A DNA stretch of 64,000 nt from an uncultured Bacillota bacterium (GCA_949300365.1 CASGEC010000002.1:4961-68960); one strand, 5' to 3'; shown: positions 1-16,269, numbered from the stretch's first letter. Program-made: numbers and translations. Notes: a model not told the origin generated them from the letters alone.

Positions 1-1
1 C

Positions 2-85
2 GACTCCCTTGCGAAGGACATCGGAATCATCGACGAGAACGCCGTGACACCGAAAAGGCAGACCAAAAAGGAAAAGGCCAAATGA
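2..85 (+). CDS. C-terminal fragment of an unidentified protein (gene starts upstream of the window)
   Basis: Frame 2 is open from the window edge (..DSLAKDIGIIDENAVTPKRQTKKEKAK) to TGA 83-85. The stop overlaps the next ATG (ATGA junction at 82-85). Confidence 0.3.
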   Translation, partial: DSLAKDIGIIDENAVTPKRQTKKEKAK

Positions 86-366
86 TCGAGAACGAGCTCA
101 TGAAATTCCTGGACGAGGGAACGATAAGGATCCAATACCGGCTTGACGTGAAGACCCCGTCCCAGCTTGCCGACGTGCTCGCCGAGACCGTGACTTCGCT
201 TTTCGTCCAATGCTTCGGAAAGGACCAGATGGACGACTCCCCCATACCCGAAGCCGAGTTGCTCAGGGCCTTCGCCCGTTTGGACAACGCACGCTTCGGA
301 ACAAAGGCGACTATCCAGGAACACCTCGAGAGCCTCGCCGACTTCATCAACCCCGAGAAGGATTAA
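82..366 (+). CDS. hypothetical protein, 94 aa, no family recognised
   Basis: ORF track 82..366. C-ending codon bias matches neighbouring genes. ATGA-coupled to the upstream fragment. Confidence 0.45.
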   Translation: MIENELMKFLDEGTIRIQYRLDVKTPSQLADVLAETVTSLFVQCFGKDQMDDSPIPEAELLRAFARLDNARFGTKATIQEHLESLADFINPEKD

Positions 367-397
367 TCTCATCCTTCCCAAGCCTTCCTTCCCATTC

Positions 398-428
398 GGA
401 CCTCCCATGACGATAAACGGGGAGGTCC
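398..428 (+). promoter_or_regulatory. GC-rich 9-bp hairpin whose 3' arm contains the GGAGG Shine-Dalgarno of the 431..538 mini-ORF
   Basis: Arms 398-406 (GGACCTCCC) and 420-428 (GGGAGGTCC) are perfect reverse complements with a 13-nt loop. No U-tract follows. Confidence 0.4.
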
Positions 429-430
429 TC

Positions 431-538
431 ATGCGAAGGAAAGACAAGAAAAAAGGACTAGAGCTGACGGCTCTAATCCTAAAGGTCCTCGAAGCGCTCC
501 TGGCGCTTCTGGATACCATTCTATCCCTTTTCCGCTAG
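431..538 (+). CDS. candidate 35-aa membrane peptide MRRKDKKKGLELTALILKVLEALLALLDTILSLFR
   Basis: Hand translation: ATG 431 lies 5 nt after GGAGG (421-425), stop TAG 536-538. Basic N-terminus followed by one hydrophobic helix. Uses three CTA codons, which host genes avoid, so coding status is uncertain. Confidence 0.3.
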   Translation: MRRKDKKKGLELTALILKVLEALLALLDTILSLFR

Positions 539-743
539 TATAGACAAGAGCCTGACCAACCAGACAGAACTTTTTCTTGTCGCCTCAATCCTCCCCACGC
601 CAAAGACCCCCCTTCGGAAGGAAAAACCAAACAGCCAAAAGAGAGGAAACCTTGCCGACCATGGAATGGAACCAGGTACAATCCATGGTACAAGGGATGC
701 TACAGTAAGAGACTGAAAAACGAAAACCTCGGAATCGGGCATG

Positions 744-764
744 AAAAAATGTCCCTTCGGGACA
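744..764 (-). terminator. intrinsic terminator read on the minus strand (TGTCCC-GAA-GGGACA followed by TTTTTT)
   Basis: Palindrome at 750-764 with an A-run at 744-749 on the plus strand, which is a U-tract on the minus strand. No annotated minus-strand gene lies upstream of it. Confidence 0.4.
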
Positions 765-820
765 GAATCCGCGTACTTTTCCCCCGTCAGCAGCCAAGTA
801 TCCCAGCCATATTGCATTAT

Positions 821-850
821 GCGGCCATAAATAGGCCGTTTTTTGTTTTC
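821..850 (+). terminator. intrinsic terminator (CGGCC-ataaata-GGCCG followed by TTTTTTGTTTT)
   Basis: Stem 822-826/834-838, T-run from 839. Confidence 0.55.
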
Positions 851-1023
851 AGTACGTAAAGATTGCTTTTTTGCCTGTCTTTTCGGTGTTGTCGATAGGG
901 AATTTTAGGGGACGGAATCGGCTTTGAGGAGACTCTTCCATGACAGGCCTCTCCAATCGAAAAACGGGTATTGGAAAGGGTGGCAAAAAGGAAGGGTTTT
1001 CCAAAGGAAAGGGGCTTGGATTC

Positions 1024-1032
1024 TGCTATAAT
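1024..1032 (+). promoter_or_regulatory. extended -10 element TGcTATAAT, likely pcrA promoter
   Basis: Lies 34 nt upstream of the pcrA ATG at 1066. Confidence 0.45.
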
Positions 1033-1065
1033 TTTGCCGTTGTGAAAAGATGGAGCGACTCGAAC

Positions 1066-5393
<4,328 letters not shown>

Positions 5394-5398
5394 TATCT

Positions 5399-5412
5399 TT
5401 GATATATAATCT
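5399..5412 (+). promoter_or_regulatory. -10-like TATATAAT upstream of gatC
   Basis: Found in the 57-nt ligA-gatC spacer. GGAG SD at 5441-5444. Confidence 0.35.
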
Positions 5413-5450
5413 ATTGGTTTAGTCAACGTTTTTCAGTCAAGGAGATATCC

Positions 5451-5771
5451 ATGATCAAAGTGACCAAGCAGATCATCGAGGAATGCGCCAAGAATCTGAT
5501 GTTCGAGCTCTCGGAGGGTCAGGCCGACCTCATCCTTGAGGATTTCTCGACCGTCATGGCGCAGATCGACTTCCTCAAGAACATCCAAGGCGTCGATGCG
5601 GCCGACGAGATGACTTTCCCCTACAAGGACCACCAGAAGATCCTCCGCGAGGACAAGCCCACAAAGCCGCTGAAGGCCGTCGATGCCGTCAAAAATTCCA
5701 ACACGAGGCTGGGAAACCAGATCAAGCTCCCGAAAGTCGTAGGTAACAAACATGACAAAGTGGATGAATAA
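5451..5771 (+). CDS. gatC: Asp/Glu-tRNA amidotransferase subunit C
   Basis: About 100 aa, first gene of the overlapping gatCAB arrangement. Confidence 0.85.
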   Translation: MIKVTKQIIEECAKNLMFELSEGQADLILEDFSTVMAQIDFLKNIQGVDAADEMTFPYKDHQKILREDKPTKPLKAVDAVKNSNTRLGNQIKLPKVVGNKHDKVDE

Positions 5772-7212
5772 GCCGATTTCCGAGCTCCATGATGCCCTGG
5801 TGAGGAAAATCGTCACGCCGAGCGAACTGCTCGAGGATTGTATCCAGGGTATCCAGGAGGACAAGTGCAACTGCTTTGAGGCGACGGCCTTTGACGAGGC
5901 AAGAAAGACGGCCCAGTCCATCAAGGAAGTCGGACCGGAGGACTATCTCCGCGGCATTCCCTTCCTTGCCAAGGACAATTTCTCGACCAAGGGCATCGAG
6001 ACGACGGCCTCCTCGGACATCCTCAACGGTTATGTCCCCCTTTATGACGCGACCGTCATCGCCAAGCTCAAGAGGGCCGGCATGATCCTTGTCGCCAAGA
6101 CGACGATGGACGAACTGGCGATGGGCGGAACGGGAACGACCGGACACAAGGGCGTCACGACAAACCCCTATGAGCACGAGCGCATCGTCGGCGGTTCCTC
6201 CTGCGGCTCGGCAGCGGCAATCGCCCAGGGCATCGCTCCCCTTGCCTTGGGATCGGATACCGGTGACTCCGTCCGTAAGCCCGCAAGCCTCAGCGCCACC
6301 GTCGGCTTCAAGTGCACCTGGGGAAGGATTTCCCGCTATGGCCTTTTCCCCTTTGCCACCTCGATGGATGCTGTCGGCTTCTTCACCCGGAACGTCTTGG
6401 ACAGCAGCCACGTCCTTTCCGTCCTCAGCGGGCACGATCGCATGGACATGTCCTCCTCCTACCGGAAGAAGGAAAAATACGAATCCTACGTCGAGAAAAG
6501 AAAGACCCTCCACCGCATCGGCTATTTCAAGGCGGTCATGGACGGCATTTCCGATCCTGTTATCCGCAAGAGCTATGTCGAGCTTCTCGAAAAGCTGAAG
6601 AAAAGGGGCTATGAGGTTGTCGAATACGACTATCCCGAAAAGCTTCTGGATGCCCTTTACCCGACCTATATGATCCTCTCCTGCGCCGAGAGCACCTCCA
6701 ACAACGCCAATCTCGACGGCATCCGCTTCGGGCCAAAGGCCGAGGGCGAGAGCGAGACCTATTCCGACTACATGAGAAAAGCAAGGACCAAGGGTTTCTC
6801 CGACCTTATCAAGAGGCGCTTTGTCATCGGCAGCTTCTCTCTTCTTTCCGCCAACCAGGAAGAGATGTTCAACAGGGCGCAGAAGGCAAGACGGCTTATC
6901 GTCAACGAGATGAACCGCTTCTTCGATGCCGTCGACTACCTCCTCGTCCCGGCAAGCTACTCCAAGCCCAAGCGCATCGACTCCCTTTCCACGGCCTGGT
7001 CGACAAAGCCGGACTTCCTCGACAACATCCTCACCCTCGGAAACTTCGGCGGCTATCCTTCCCTCACTTTGCCTTTGGACTTTGAGGACACCCTTCCCTT
7101 CGGCGTGAATATCACCGGAAGAATCTTCGAGGATGGCTATGTCATGGGACTGGGAAAGGAAATCGAGGACCTGACCGGTCTTAAGGATATCGTCTTCAAG
7201 GAGGGCAAGTAA
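5752..7212 (+). CDS. gatA: Asp/Glu-tRNA amidotransferase subunit A (amidase)
   Basis: Amidase signature GGSSCGSAAA..GSDTGDSVRKPA. Overlaps the gatC end. Confidence 0.93.
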   Translation: MTKWMNKPISELHDALVRKIVTPSELLEDCIQGIQEDKCNCFEATAFDEARKTAQSIKEVGPEDYLRGIPFLAKDNFSTKGIETTASSDILNGYVPLYDATVIAKLKRAGMILVAKTTMDELAMGGTGTTGHKGVTTNPYEHERIVGGSSCGSAAAIAQGIAPLALGSDTGDSVRKPASLSATVGFKCTWGRISRYGLFPFATSMDAVGFFTRNVLDSSHVLSVLSGHDRMDMSSSYRKKEKYESYVEKRKTLHRIGYFKAVMDGISDPVIRKSYVELLEKLKKRGYEVVEYDYPEKLLDALYPTYMILSCAESTSNNANLDGIRFGPKAEGESETYSDYMRKARTKGFSDLIKRRFVIGSFSLLSANQEEMFNRAQKARRLIVNEMNRFFDAVDYLLVPASYSKPKRIDSLSTAWSTKPDFLDNILTLGNFGGYPSLTLPLDFEDTLPFGVNITGRIFEDGYVMGLGKEIEDLTGLKDIVFKEGK

Positions 7213-7213
7213 G

Positions 7214-9784
<2,571 letters not shown>

Positions 9785-9785
<1 letters not shown>

Positions 9786-10858
9786 TGAACACACCCGGAT
9801 TCGATTACGACGTCTATTCCCTGTCCTCCTATGACTATGACCTTCCACCCGAGCTCATCGCCCAGTCCCCCAGCGAGAAAAGGGACCAGTCCCGGCTTTT
9901 GGTGATGGACCGTTTTTCCGGGGAGCTTGTTGACGAACCGCACTTTGCCAATATCGAGAACTACCTTCATAAGGGGGATGTCCTTGTCCGCAACAATACC
10001 AAAGTCATCCCGGCCCGCCTCCTTGGCGAGAAGAAGGAAACGCACGCCCATGTCGAGGTTCTTCTTTTACGGCAACTCGAGGACGGGAAGGACAAATGGC
10101 TCGCCCTCGTCGGCAATGCCAAGACCATCAAGGTCGGGACGAAAGTGACCTTCGGGACAAACGACGAGCTTGTCGCGACGTGCCTTGAGGTCAAGGACGA
10201 GGGACTGCGCGTCTTCCGCTTCGACTATGAGGGCATCTTCATGGAAGTCCTTGAAAAGCTCGGTCGGATGCCTCTTCCGCCCTATATCCATGCCCAGCTA
10301 GGGGACAATTTTCGCTATCAGACCGTCTATGCCAAGATCGAGGGCTCGGCTGCCGCGCCGACGGCGGGCTTCCACTTCACCAAGGAACTCTTCCAGAGGC
10401 TTGAGAGGAAAGGAATCGAGGTCGTCGATGTCACGCTCCACATCGGCCTTGGGACCTTCCGCCCCGTCAAGGAGGACGACATCCGCAAGCACGACATGCA
10501 TTCGGAGTTCTATATCGTGGATGAGCATGCCGCTGAGAGACTTAACCTTGCCAAGAAGGAAGGAAGGCGCATCATCGCCATCGGGACGACTTCCACAAGG
10601 ACCCTGGAATCCGTCTATCGGCGCTTTGGCACGTTCAAGGCCTGTTCGGGCGATACCAAGCTCTTTATCTATCCGGGTTTCAAGTATCAGGCAATCGACT
10701 GCCTGGTGACAAACTTCCACCTTCCCAAGTCCACGCTCCTGATGCTCGTCTCCGCCTTTTCCAGCCGTGACAACATCCTCAACGCCTATCGCCATGCCGT
10801 CAGGGAGCGCTATCGTTTCTTCTCCTTTGGCGATGCGATGTTCATCAAGAAGGACTGA
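9785..10858 (+). CDS. queA: S-adenosylmethionine:tRNA ribosyltransferase-isomerase
   Basis: Motifs YDYDLPPELIAQSP..RDQSRLLV, PLPPYI and NFHLPKSTLLMLVSAF. ATG 9785 overlaps the tgt TGA; an alternative ATG is at 9779. Confidence 0.92.
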
Positions 10859-10859
10859 C

Positions 10860-11531
10860 ATGAGACAAGACGACAACAGCCTCTTCCATGAGGAGATCGA
10901 AAGGATTCGGAAGTCCGGGGAGAAGCCGACCCTTTTCCTCCATGCCTGCTGCGGACCCTGCCTTTGCTATCCGCTCTCCCTTCTTCTTCCCATCTTCGAT
11001 CTGACGATCGGCTTTATCAATCCCAATATCCGTCCCCTTGCGGAATACGAAAAGAGAAACCGCGTCCTTCAGGCATTTCTCTATCGCTATGCCATGGACC
11101 ACAAAAGCCCTGTCTCCTTTGTCCTTCTTGAGGAAGACTTCTCTCGTTATGACCAGATCATGGTCGGACGGGAAAAGGACCGCGAAGGCGGAGAGAGCTG
11201 TCTGAAGTGCCACGCCCACAGGCTCTATTTATCCTATAAATATGCCTACGAGCATCACTTCGACTATTTCACGACCGTGATGACCGTTTCCTGCAAGAAG
11301 CCTTCCAGGGCGCTCAACGAGATCGGGCTTGCCCTCTCCAAAGGCTTTTCCACGACGAAATACCTCTTCTCCGACTTCAAGAAGGAGGACGGACAGCTTA
11401 AGGGCATCCGTATCGGCAAGGAATATGCTGTCTATCGGCAGAACTACTGCGGTTGCCTTCCTTCCCTCAAGGAACGGCTCGAACATGAAAAAAGGAAGGC
11501 GGAGGCTTCCCCTTCCCCTTCATTGCCTTGA
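10860..11531 (+). CDS. queH: epoxyqueuosine reductase QueH (DUF208)
   Basis: LHACCGPC motif plus later Cys pairs (CLKCH, YCGC). Starts 2 nt after the queA stop. The family call is from memory of DUF208 motifs. Confidence 0.7.
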   Translation: MRQDDNSLFHEEIERIRKSGEKPTLFLHACCGPCLCYPLSLLLPIFDLTIGFINPNIRPLAEYEKRNRVLQAFLYRYAMDHKSPVSFVLLEEDFSRYDQIMVGREKDREGGESCLKCHAHRLYLSYKYAYEHHFDYFTTVMTVSCKKPSRALNEIGLALSKGFSTTKYLFSDFKKEDGQLKGIRIGKEYAVYRQNYCGCLPSLKERLEHEKRKAEASPSPSLP

Positions 11532-12341
11532 TTCGTTTCTCTTCTGGCGGTTTTCAAGGCATTCCATCACTTCCCGGGCAAGGCCGGCATAGGCAACACT
11601 GGCCTGGGCGGTGGGCTTGTAGAGATCGACGGGGACGCCTTTCATCACGGCCTCAAGGAGAGAGACGCTTCTGGGGATGACGGAATTGAAGACCCGATCC
11701 TTGAAGGTGGCCCGAAGCTGCTGGGCGATCTTGGTCGAGAGGGATGTCCTGGAATCGAACATGGTCAGGGCAAGGCCGAGGATCTCCAAGTCGGGATTGT
11801 CCGTCCTCTGCACCTTGGCGATCGTCGAGAGAAGCTGGGAAAGGGCATCGACGGCAAAGTATTCGCACTGGACCGGGGCGATGACGTCCTTGGCGGCAGT
11901 AAGGCCGTTGAGGGATAGAAAGCTCAGGGCCGGCGGGCAGTCCAGAAGGATGAAATCGTAGATCTTCCTCGTCCTGGGATCGATGAGGTCCCTAAGAAGG
12001 GTATAGGAAGGCTTCTTGCCACGGTCATGGAGCGCATTCTCGACAAGGGCCAGGGAAAGATTGGAGACGACGATGTGGACATGGTCGACACCCGTTTTCC
12101 TTATGGCCTTTCTCAGCTCCACCTCTCCGAGGAAGACCTCCCGCATCGTCTTTCGGGAAAGGGAGGGATCGATTCCTAGCGCCCGGGAGCAGTTCCCCTG
12201 GGGGTCGAGATCGACAAGGAGGATGCGCTTGTTGTATTTGCGAAGGGCCGAGGCGAGGTTGTAGGCCGTGGTCGTCTTTCCGACGCCGCCCTTCTGATTG
12301 GCAATGGCAATGATTTCCGACATATGCGAAGATTTTACCAT
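11520..12341 (-). CDS. parA: ParA/Soj-family ATPase
   Basis: Deviant Walker A NQKGGVGKTTT and LVDLDPQGN. The start could be the second ATG (12323). No parB is adjacent. Confidence 0.85.
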   Translation of the reverse strand: MVKSSHMSEIIAIANQKGGVGKTTTAYNLASALRKYNKRILLVDLDPQGNCSRALGIDPSLSRKTMREVFLGEVELRKAIRKTGVDHVHIVVSNLSLALVENALHDRGKKPSYTLLRDLIDPRTRKIYDFILLDCPPALSFLSLNGLTAAKDVIAPVQCEYFAVDALSQLLSTIAKVQRTDNPDLEILGLALTMFDSRTSLSTKIAQQLRATFKDRVFNSVIPRSVSLLEAVMKGVPVDLYKPTAQASVAYAGLAREVMECLENRQKRNESRQ

Positions 12342-12376
12342 CGCCGGGGGTGCTTATAAAGCGTGAAATAGTTTTC

Positions 12377-12405
12377 TTGAAATGAGGAAAGCAAACTACT
12401 ATATT
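12377..12405 (+). promoter_or_regulatory. sigma70-type promoter TTGAAA-17-TATATT for the lipoprotein pair
   Basis: Hexamers at 12377-12382 and 12400-12405. AGGAGG at 12440-12445 precedes ATG 12452. Confidence 0.5.
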
Positions 12406-12451
12406 AGTAAGGATTATTTCTGTGCGAATGCTATTCACTAGGAGGACACAC

Positions 12452-14548
12452 ATGAATAAAGGCATGAAAACTTTGGCATTGGTGCTTGCCATCGGCACTA
12501 CTGCCAGTGCCCTGACTTCGTGCAACGCGGAAGAGTATACCTATCCTGACTACCACTGGCAGGAAGGTTTGATCGTCACCGTTGGCGGAAAGAACTACGA
12601 GTACCAGGACATCTACAACCTGCTTTTGGGTACGAAGGACAGTGCCCAGGCCCTTTACGACATCGCCGAGGACATCGCGGCCCAGCTTGCCGTCGACGTC
12701 ACGGATGCCATGCGCGTCGATGCCGAGGAACAGATTTCCGACTACGAGGACACCTGGCGTTCCAACGCCGATACCAATGGCACCTCTTACAAGGAGGAGA
12801 TGGAAAAGGGTCTTGACGACGAAGGCGTCGAGGATCTCGACGAGCTCCGCATCAAGCTGCTTTCCAAGATCCGCATCCAGGCCAACGAGGACGCCTACAC
12901 CCAGAACACCTCGGCTCCTGCCGGAGAGGCGATCTACAACATCTCCGAGGACAAGACCAAGGAGTATGTCGAGACCCAGAGGCCCTATCACATCAGCCAC
13001 ATCCTGGTCAATGTCGATGCCGCGGCCACTTCCTCCGACTCCACCGCCCTTTATGACGGCCATATCTCCTCGGACAACGCCAAGAAGATCGCCAATGTCG
13101 TCAAGGGCCTTGCCTCCAGCGACACCTTCGGTTCCGTCGCCCAGCTGTTCTCCGATGATGGCTCGGCCGAAAACCGCGGCGAGCTTGGCGGAAGCAAGGA
13201 CAACGCCTCCACAGGCCAGGCGATCGGCATGGAGCTGGACACGGGCTTTGTCAACGAGTTCAAGCTCGGCGTCTATGCCTATGACGCCCTTCTCAACGAC
13301 AGCGTCGAGGATACGGAAACCGTCAAGGAGACGACCCGCATGCCGACCTCCGGAGAGGATTCCTCCGCTTCCGAGATCCTCGCTGCCCAGCAATGGAACA
13401 ATACCGACCTCGCCCAGGGGAAGGTCTTCGGCATTCCGCTTTCCGTCGCCCTCGAGATGGCTCTTGTGGCCGACCAGGAAAAGTCCGATGCCGGTCTTAC
13501 CATCCAAGACACGGATGAGACCCAGTATCCGCGAAACATCCTCTTCAACAACTACTTCAACAACCACTCCCTTTCCTTTATCTATGATGATTCCGCCGAT
13601 TTCATCAAGGCCGACGGTTCCAACAATTACGACAAGCTCCTCAAGGAAATCAACGCCACCAAGCCTGAGGCAAGCACCGAGGACGTCACCCTTGCGGATA
13701 TCCAGGATCCCAACAGTACCTACTACAAGCGCTATACCCGCTTCAACGATCTCTGCAGCCAGCTCAAGATGATCGACGAGAGCAAGTTCTCCAACGAGAA
13801 CAAGAAGATCTCCGACAATCTCTATACCTACGCCACGACGACCGAGAACTATGAAGGCGAAGGCCTTGTCGCCCTCGGCGCGGGCCAGAAGATCCTGACA
13901 AACGGCAACGGCGAGCCGATCCTTGTCACGAGGGCCGGTGCCGATAGCTATCAGGGTATCCATTTCATCACCATCAACCGCGATCCCTTCCAGACCTATG
14001 ACGCAAACCACACGCCCGATACGTACTATCAGTACTATCGCGTCAATCTCCCCAAGGTCGGCGGAACGGGTGCCGATACCCCCAAATATGCCGAGAATCC
14101 TTCCTACGTCAACTATGTCCAGTCCGATCCCGACAACAACTCCGCCTATCAGGACCGTATCGATGCCGTCCGCGCTGCCGTCCAGCAGTTCGATCCCAAC
14201 GTCAAGTTCGCCCGCTTCGAGGACAACCTTCGCAAGATCGGCGAGAAGTTCAAGTCCTTGGGCGCAACGACTGTTGACGAGGTCGGAAAGAAGCTCTTCG
14301 GCGCCAAGCTCGTCAATGATGGCGAAGATACCTGGGACATCATCGCCCGCTATATCCAGACCAATCGCGATGCCTCGAGGGCTACCGACGAGGATTCCCT
14401 CGATTCGTCCTGGAGCACCTATTCCAAGCTTCTGAACCTCCAGCAGGACATCACTCCTCAGAGAGTCATCCCGACTGTGTGCATCAGCTATTTCCAGGGC
14501 GGCGAGTATTCCGAAGAAATGGAGGCCATCTGCCATGTCAAAAAGTAA
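12452..14548 (+). CDS. large lipoprotein with a parvulin/PrsA-like segment
   Basis: Signal peptide plus lipobox (..ASALTS-C). The internal YHISHILV ... SAENRGELGG ... FVNEFKLGVY pattern resembles PpiC-type PPIases. Confidence 0.6.
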   Translation: MNKGMKTLALVLAIGTTASALTSCNAEEYTYPDYHWQEGLIVTVGGKNYEYQDIYNLLLGTKDSAQALYDIAEDIAAQLAVDVTDAMRVDAEEQISDYEDTWRSNADTNGTSYKEEMEKGLDDEGVEDLDELRIKLLSKIRIQANEDAYTQNTSAPAGEAIYNISEDKTKEYVETQRPYHISHILVNVDAAATSSDSTALYDGHISSDNAKKIANVVKGLASSDTFGSVAQLFSDDGSAENRGELGGSKDNASTGQAIGMELDTGFVNEFKLGVYAYDALLNDSVEDTETVKETTRMPTSGEDSSASEILAAQQWNNTDLAQGKVFGIPLSVALEMALVADQEKSDAGLTIQDTDETQYPRNILFNNYFNNHSLSFIYDDSADFIKADGSNNYDKLLKEINATKPEASTEDVTLADIQDPNSTYYKRYTRFNDLCSQLKMIDESKFSNENKKISDNLYTYATTTENYEGEGLVALGAGQKILTNGNGEPILVTRAGADSYQGIHFITINRDPFQTYDANHTPDTYYQYYRVNLPKVGGTGADTPKYAENPSYVNYVQSDPDNNSAYQDRIDAVRAAVQQFDPNVKFARFEDNLRKIGEKFKSLGATTVDEVGKKLFGAKLVNDGEDTWDIIARYIQTNRDASRATDEDSLDSSWSTYSKLLNLQQDITPQRVIPTVCISYFQGGEYSEEMEAICHVKK

Positions 14549-16262
14549 GAAACTGAAGCTGCTTCCGCTTGCCGTGCTTTCCATGCTCACCCTTACGGGC
14601 TGCAGCACCGAATATAACCGTTACCCGGTCGACTTCGACGATCCTCTTTACGGGGAAGTCAGCAATGTCGACGAGAACGACGAAGTCTATGGCAACAAGC
14701 GCCAGGACTACTACGATACGGTCATGACCTCCGACACCGTCTATTCCAAGGCGGTCACCGATATCCTCACCACCGTCGCCGAAAGGGCCCACGACTGGGA
14801 TGGAAACAAGGGTACAAGCGTTGCCAGTGTCATCAACGACACCAGCAAGGCCGTTTCCGCCTATTCCGCGATGCTCGACACGGGTTCGGTTTCCACCGAG
14901 AACAACGACAACCTCCTCAACCGCGCCAAGGAATCCATGATGAGCAATGCCACCAACGACAGCTACATCGTGGACAACGAGTTCATCGAGAGGAAGTTCG
15001 TCACCTATCTCAACCAGCAGTTCGAGAAGCTTCCCGATGGCGCGATCGACAAGGTCAACCAGGATGGCAAGTTCGTCACTTCCGAGATGACCTTCGACGA
15101 TGTCTTCACCCCCGGCATCTACGACGAGTACATGAAGGACAACCTCTACGATGACAACCTCATCAACTACCTGACCACCGAGTACATCTACAACAAGTCC
15201 TTCTCCTCCATCGGCAACACCAACGCCAGGAAGGTCCAGATCGCGGCCATCACCGACCGCAGCGACGCCCCGGGCTCCGCAAAGAGACTCCTTGATGCCT
15301 ATATCCGGGACTATGTCGACGGCGACAAGGAAGATCCCTATTTCGAGGTTCTCTCCCGCCTGTGGAAGGGTATCACCGAAAGCGATCTCTGGCGTCTTGT
15401 CGGCGAAGGCGTCAATGAAAGTAATGCCACGGCGGACCAGAAGAAGGAATTCGAATCCCTTAAGGAACGCTACAACAACCTTGTCCTTTCTGCCGATGAG
15501 GTCCAGTGGCTCCAGGAAAACAACATCATCTCCGACGACGAGACGGTCCAGAACACCCTCGCCGGAAAGGTCTTCTCCGATCAGGTCGACCTTGAGGAAT
15601 CCTACGAGAACTACTACACGATCGACAGCACCCTCGAGAACCAGTACACTGGCTCCTATGCCTATGACTACCGCACCGGTATCCGCATGGCCTATGACGA
15701 TATCGCCCAGCAGGACTTCGTCACCGATGGTGTCCATCTCGCTTCCGATGGCCTCTCCTCGCTTCCGGACAAGCTCAAGGAGCGTGTCTTCTTAAACCAG
15801 TACGCCTACACCAAGGAAGACCTCGATAAGCTTGCCAAGGGCGAGACAGTCGACATCACCCGCATCGCCAAGGATGGCAATCGCTATCTGACCTTCCCGG
15901 GAACCGCCGACGATTCGACGAGTATCCTCTACTATGACACGAGCTCCAAGACCTACTACCTCGTCCGCATCCTCGATGTCATCACCAACAACTCGATGTC
16001 CCAATCGGGTTCTATCTACAACCAGGAAGGCAACGAGGCGAAGAAGGAGCAGATCGCCAGGGAAGTCGCCTATGCGATGTCCACCACGGGCACCTACAAG
16101 AGCGATGCCACGATCTATTGGCTGAGAAGGACCAACATCGACTACTCCGACGAGGATTTCCTCGAATACATGAAGTCCAATTATCAGGACCTCTTCCGCA
16201 CCGAATCCAGCTTCGATGACGACGACGAACCCAAGATCACCCTTCCCGGAAACAACGAATAA
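14535..16262 (+). CDS. lipoprotein, function unknown
   Basis: Signal peptide plus lipobox (LTLTG-C). Overlaps the upstream lipoprotein gene by 14 nt. Acidic, D/N/Y-rich. Confidence 0.6.
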   Translation: MSKSKKLKLLPLAVLSMLTLTGCSTEYNRYPVDFDDPLYGEVSNVDENDEVYGNKRQDYYDTVMTSDTVYSKAVTDILTTVAERAHDWDGNKGTSVASVINDTSKAVSAYSAMLDTGSVSTENNDNLLNRAKESMMSNATNDSYIVDNEFIERKFVTYLNQQFEKLPDGAIDKVNQDGKFVTSEMTFDDVFTPGIYDEYMKDNLYDDNLINYLTTEYIYNKSFSSIGNTNARKVQIAAITDRSDAPGSAKRLLDAYIRDYVDGDKEDPYFEVLSRLWKGITESDLWRLVGEGVNESNATADQKKEFESLKERYNNLVLSADEVQWLQENNIISDDETVQNTLAGKVFSDQVDLEESYENYYTIDSTLENQYTGSYAYDYRTGIRMAYDDIAQQDFVTDGVHLASDGLSSLPDKLKERVFLNQYAYTKEDLDKLAKGETVDITRIAKDGNRYLTFPGTADDSTSILYYDTSSKTYYLVRILDVITNNSMSQSGSIYNQEGNEAKKEQIAREVAYAMSTTGTYKSDATIYWLRRTNIDYSDEDFLEYMKSNYQDLFRTESSFDDDDEPKITLPGNNE

Positions 16263-16269
16263 GGCACAG

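Noticed and set aside
540-850. Possible known structured RNA (RNase P, SRP/4.5S, tmRNA, T-box or another riboswitch) in the hairpin-rich region upstream of pcrA.
   Set aside because: The signature motifs I looked for are absent on both strands: GAGGAAAGUCC (only GAGGAAACCUU is present), GUCAGGUCCGGAAGGAAGCAGC, a tRNA-like 3' end with a GGUUCGA T-loop, and the T-box GGUGGUACCGCG. I kept the region only as an unclassified candidate sRNA/TA region.
940-1065. N-terminal extension of pcrA given in the ORF track (MTGLSNRKTGIGKGGKKEG...). Similar extensions appear for tgt (8601), queA (9629), queH (10767), the lipoprotein (12422), ileS (51288), purB (30298) and the GNATs.
   Set aside because: The extensions are low-complexity, lack family similarity and overlap upstream genes. 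Internal ATGs with good SD sites coincide with the conserved N-termini.
12582-13772. Same-strand alternative-frame ORFs rich in P/S/T/R. Examples: 396 aa inside the lipoprotein gene, 19098..19493 upstream of sufU, 20220..21092 in sufB and 53683..54063 before lspA.
   Set aside because: These are typical out-of-frame read-through in C-ending codon genes. They have no start context and no motifs, and they are fully nested in confident genes.
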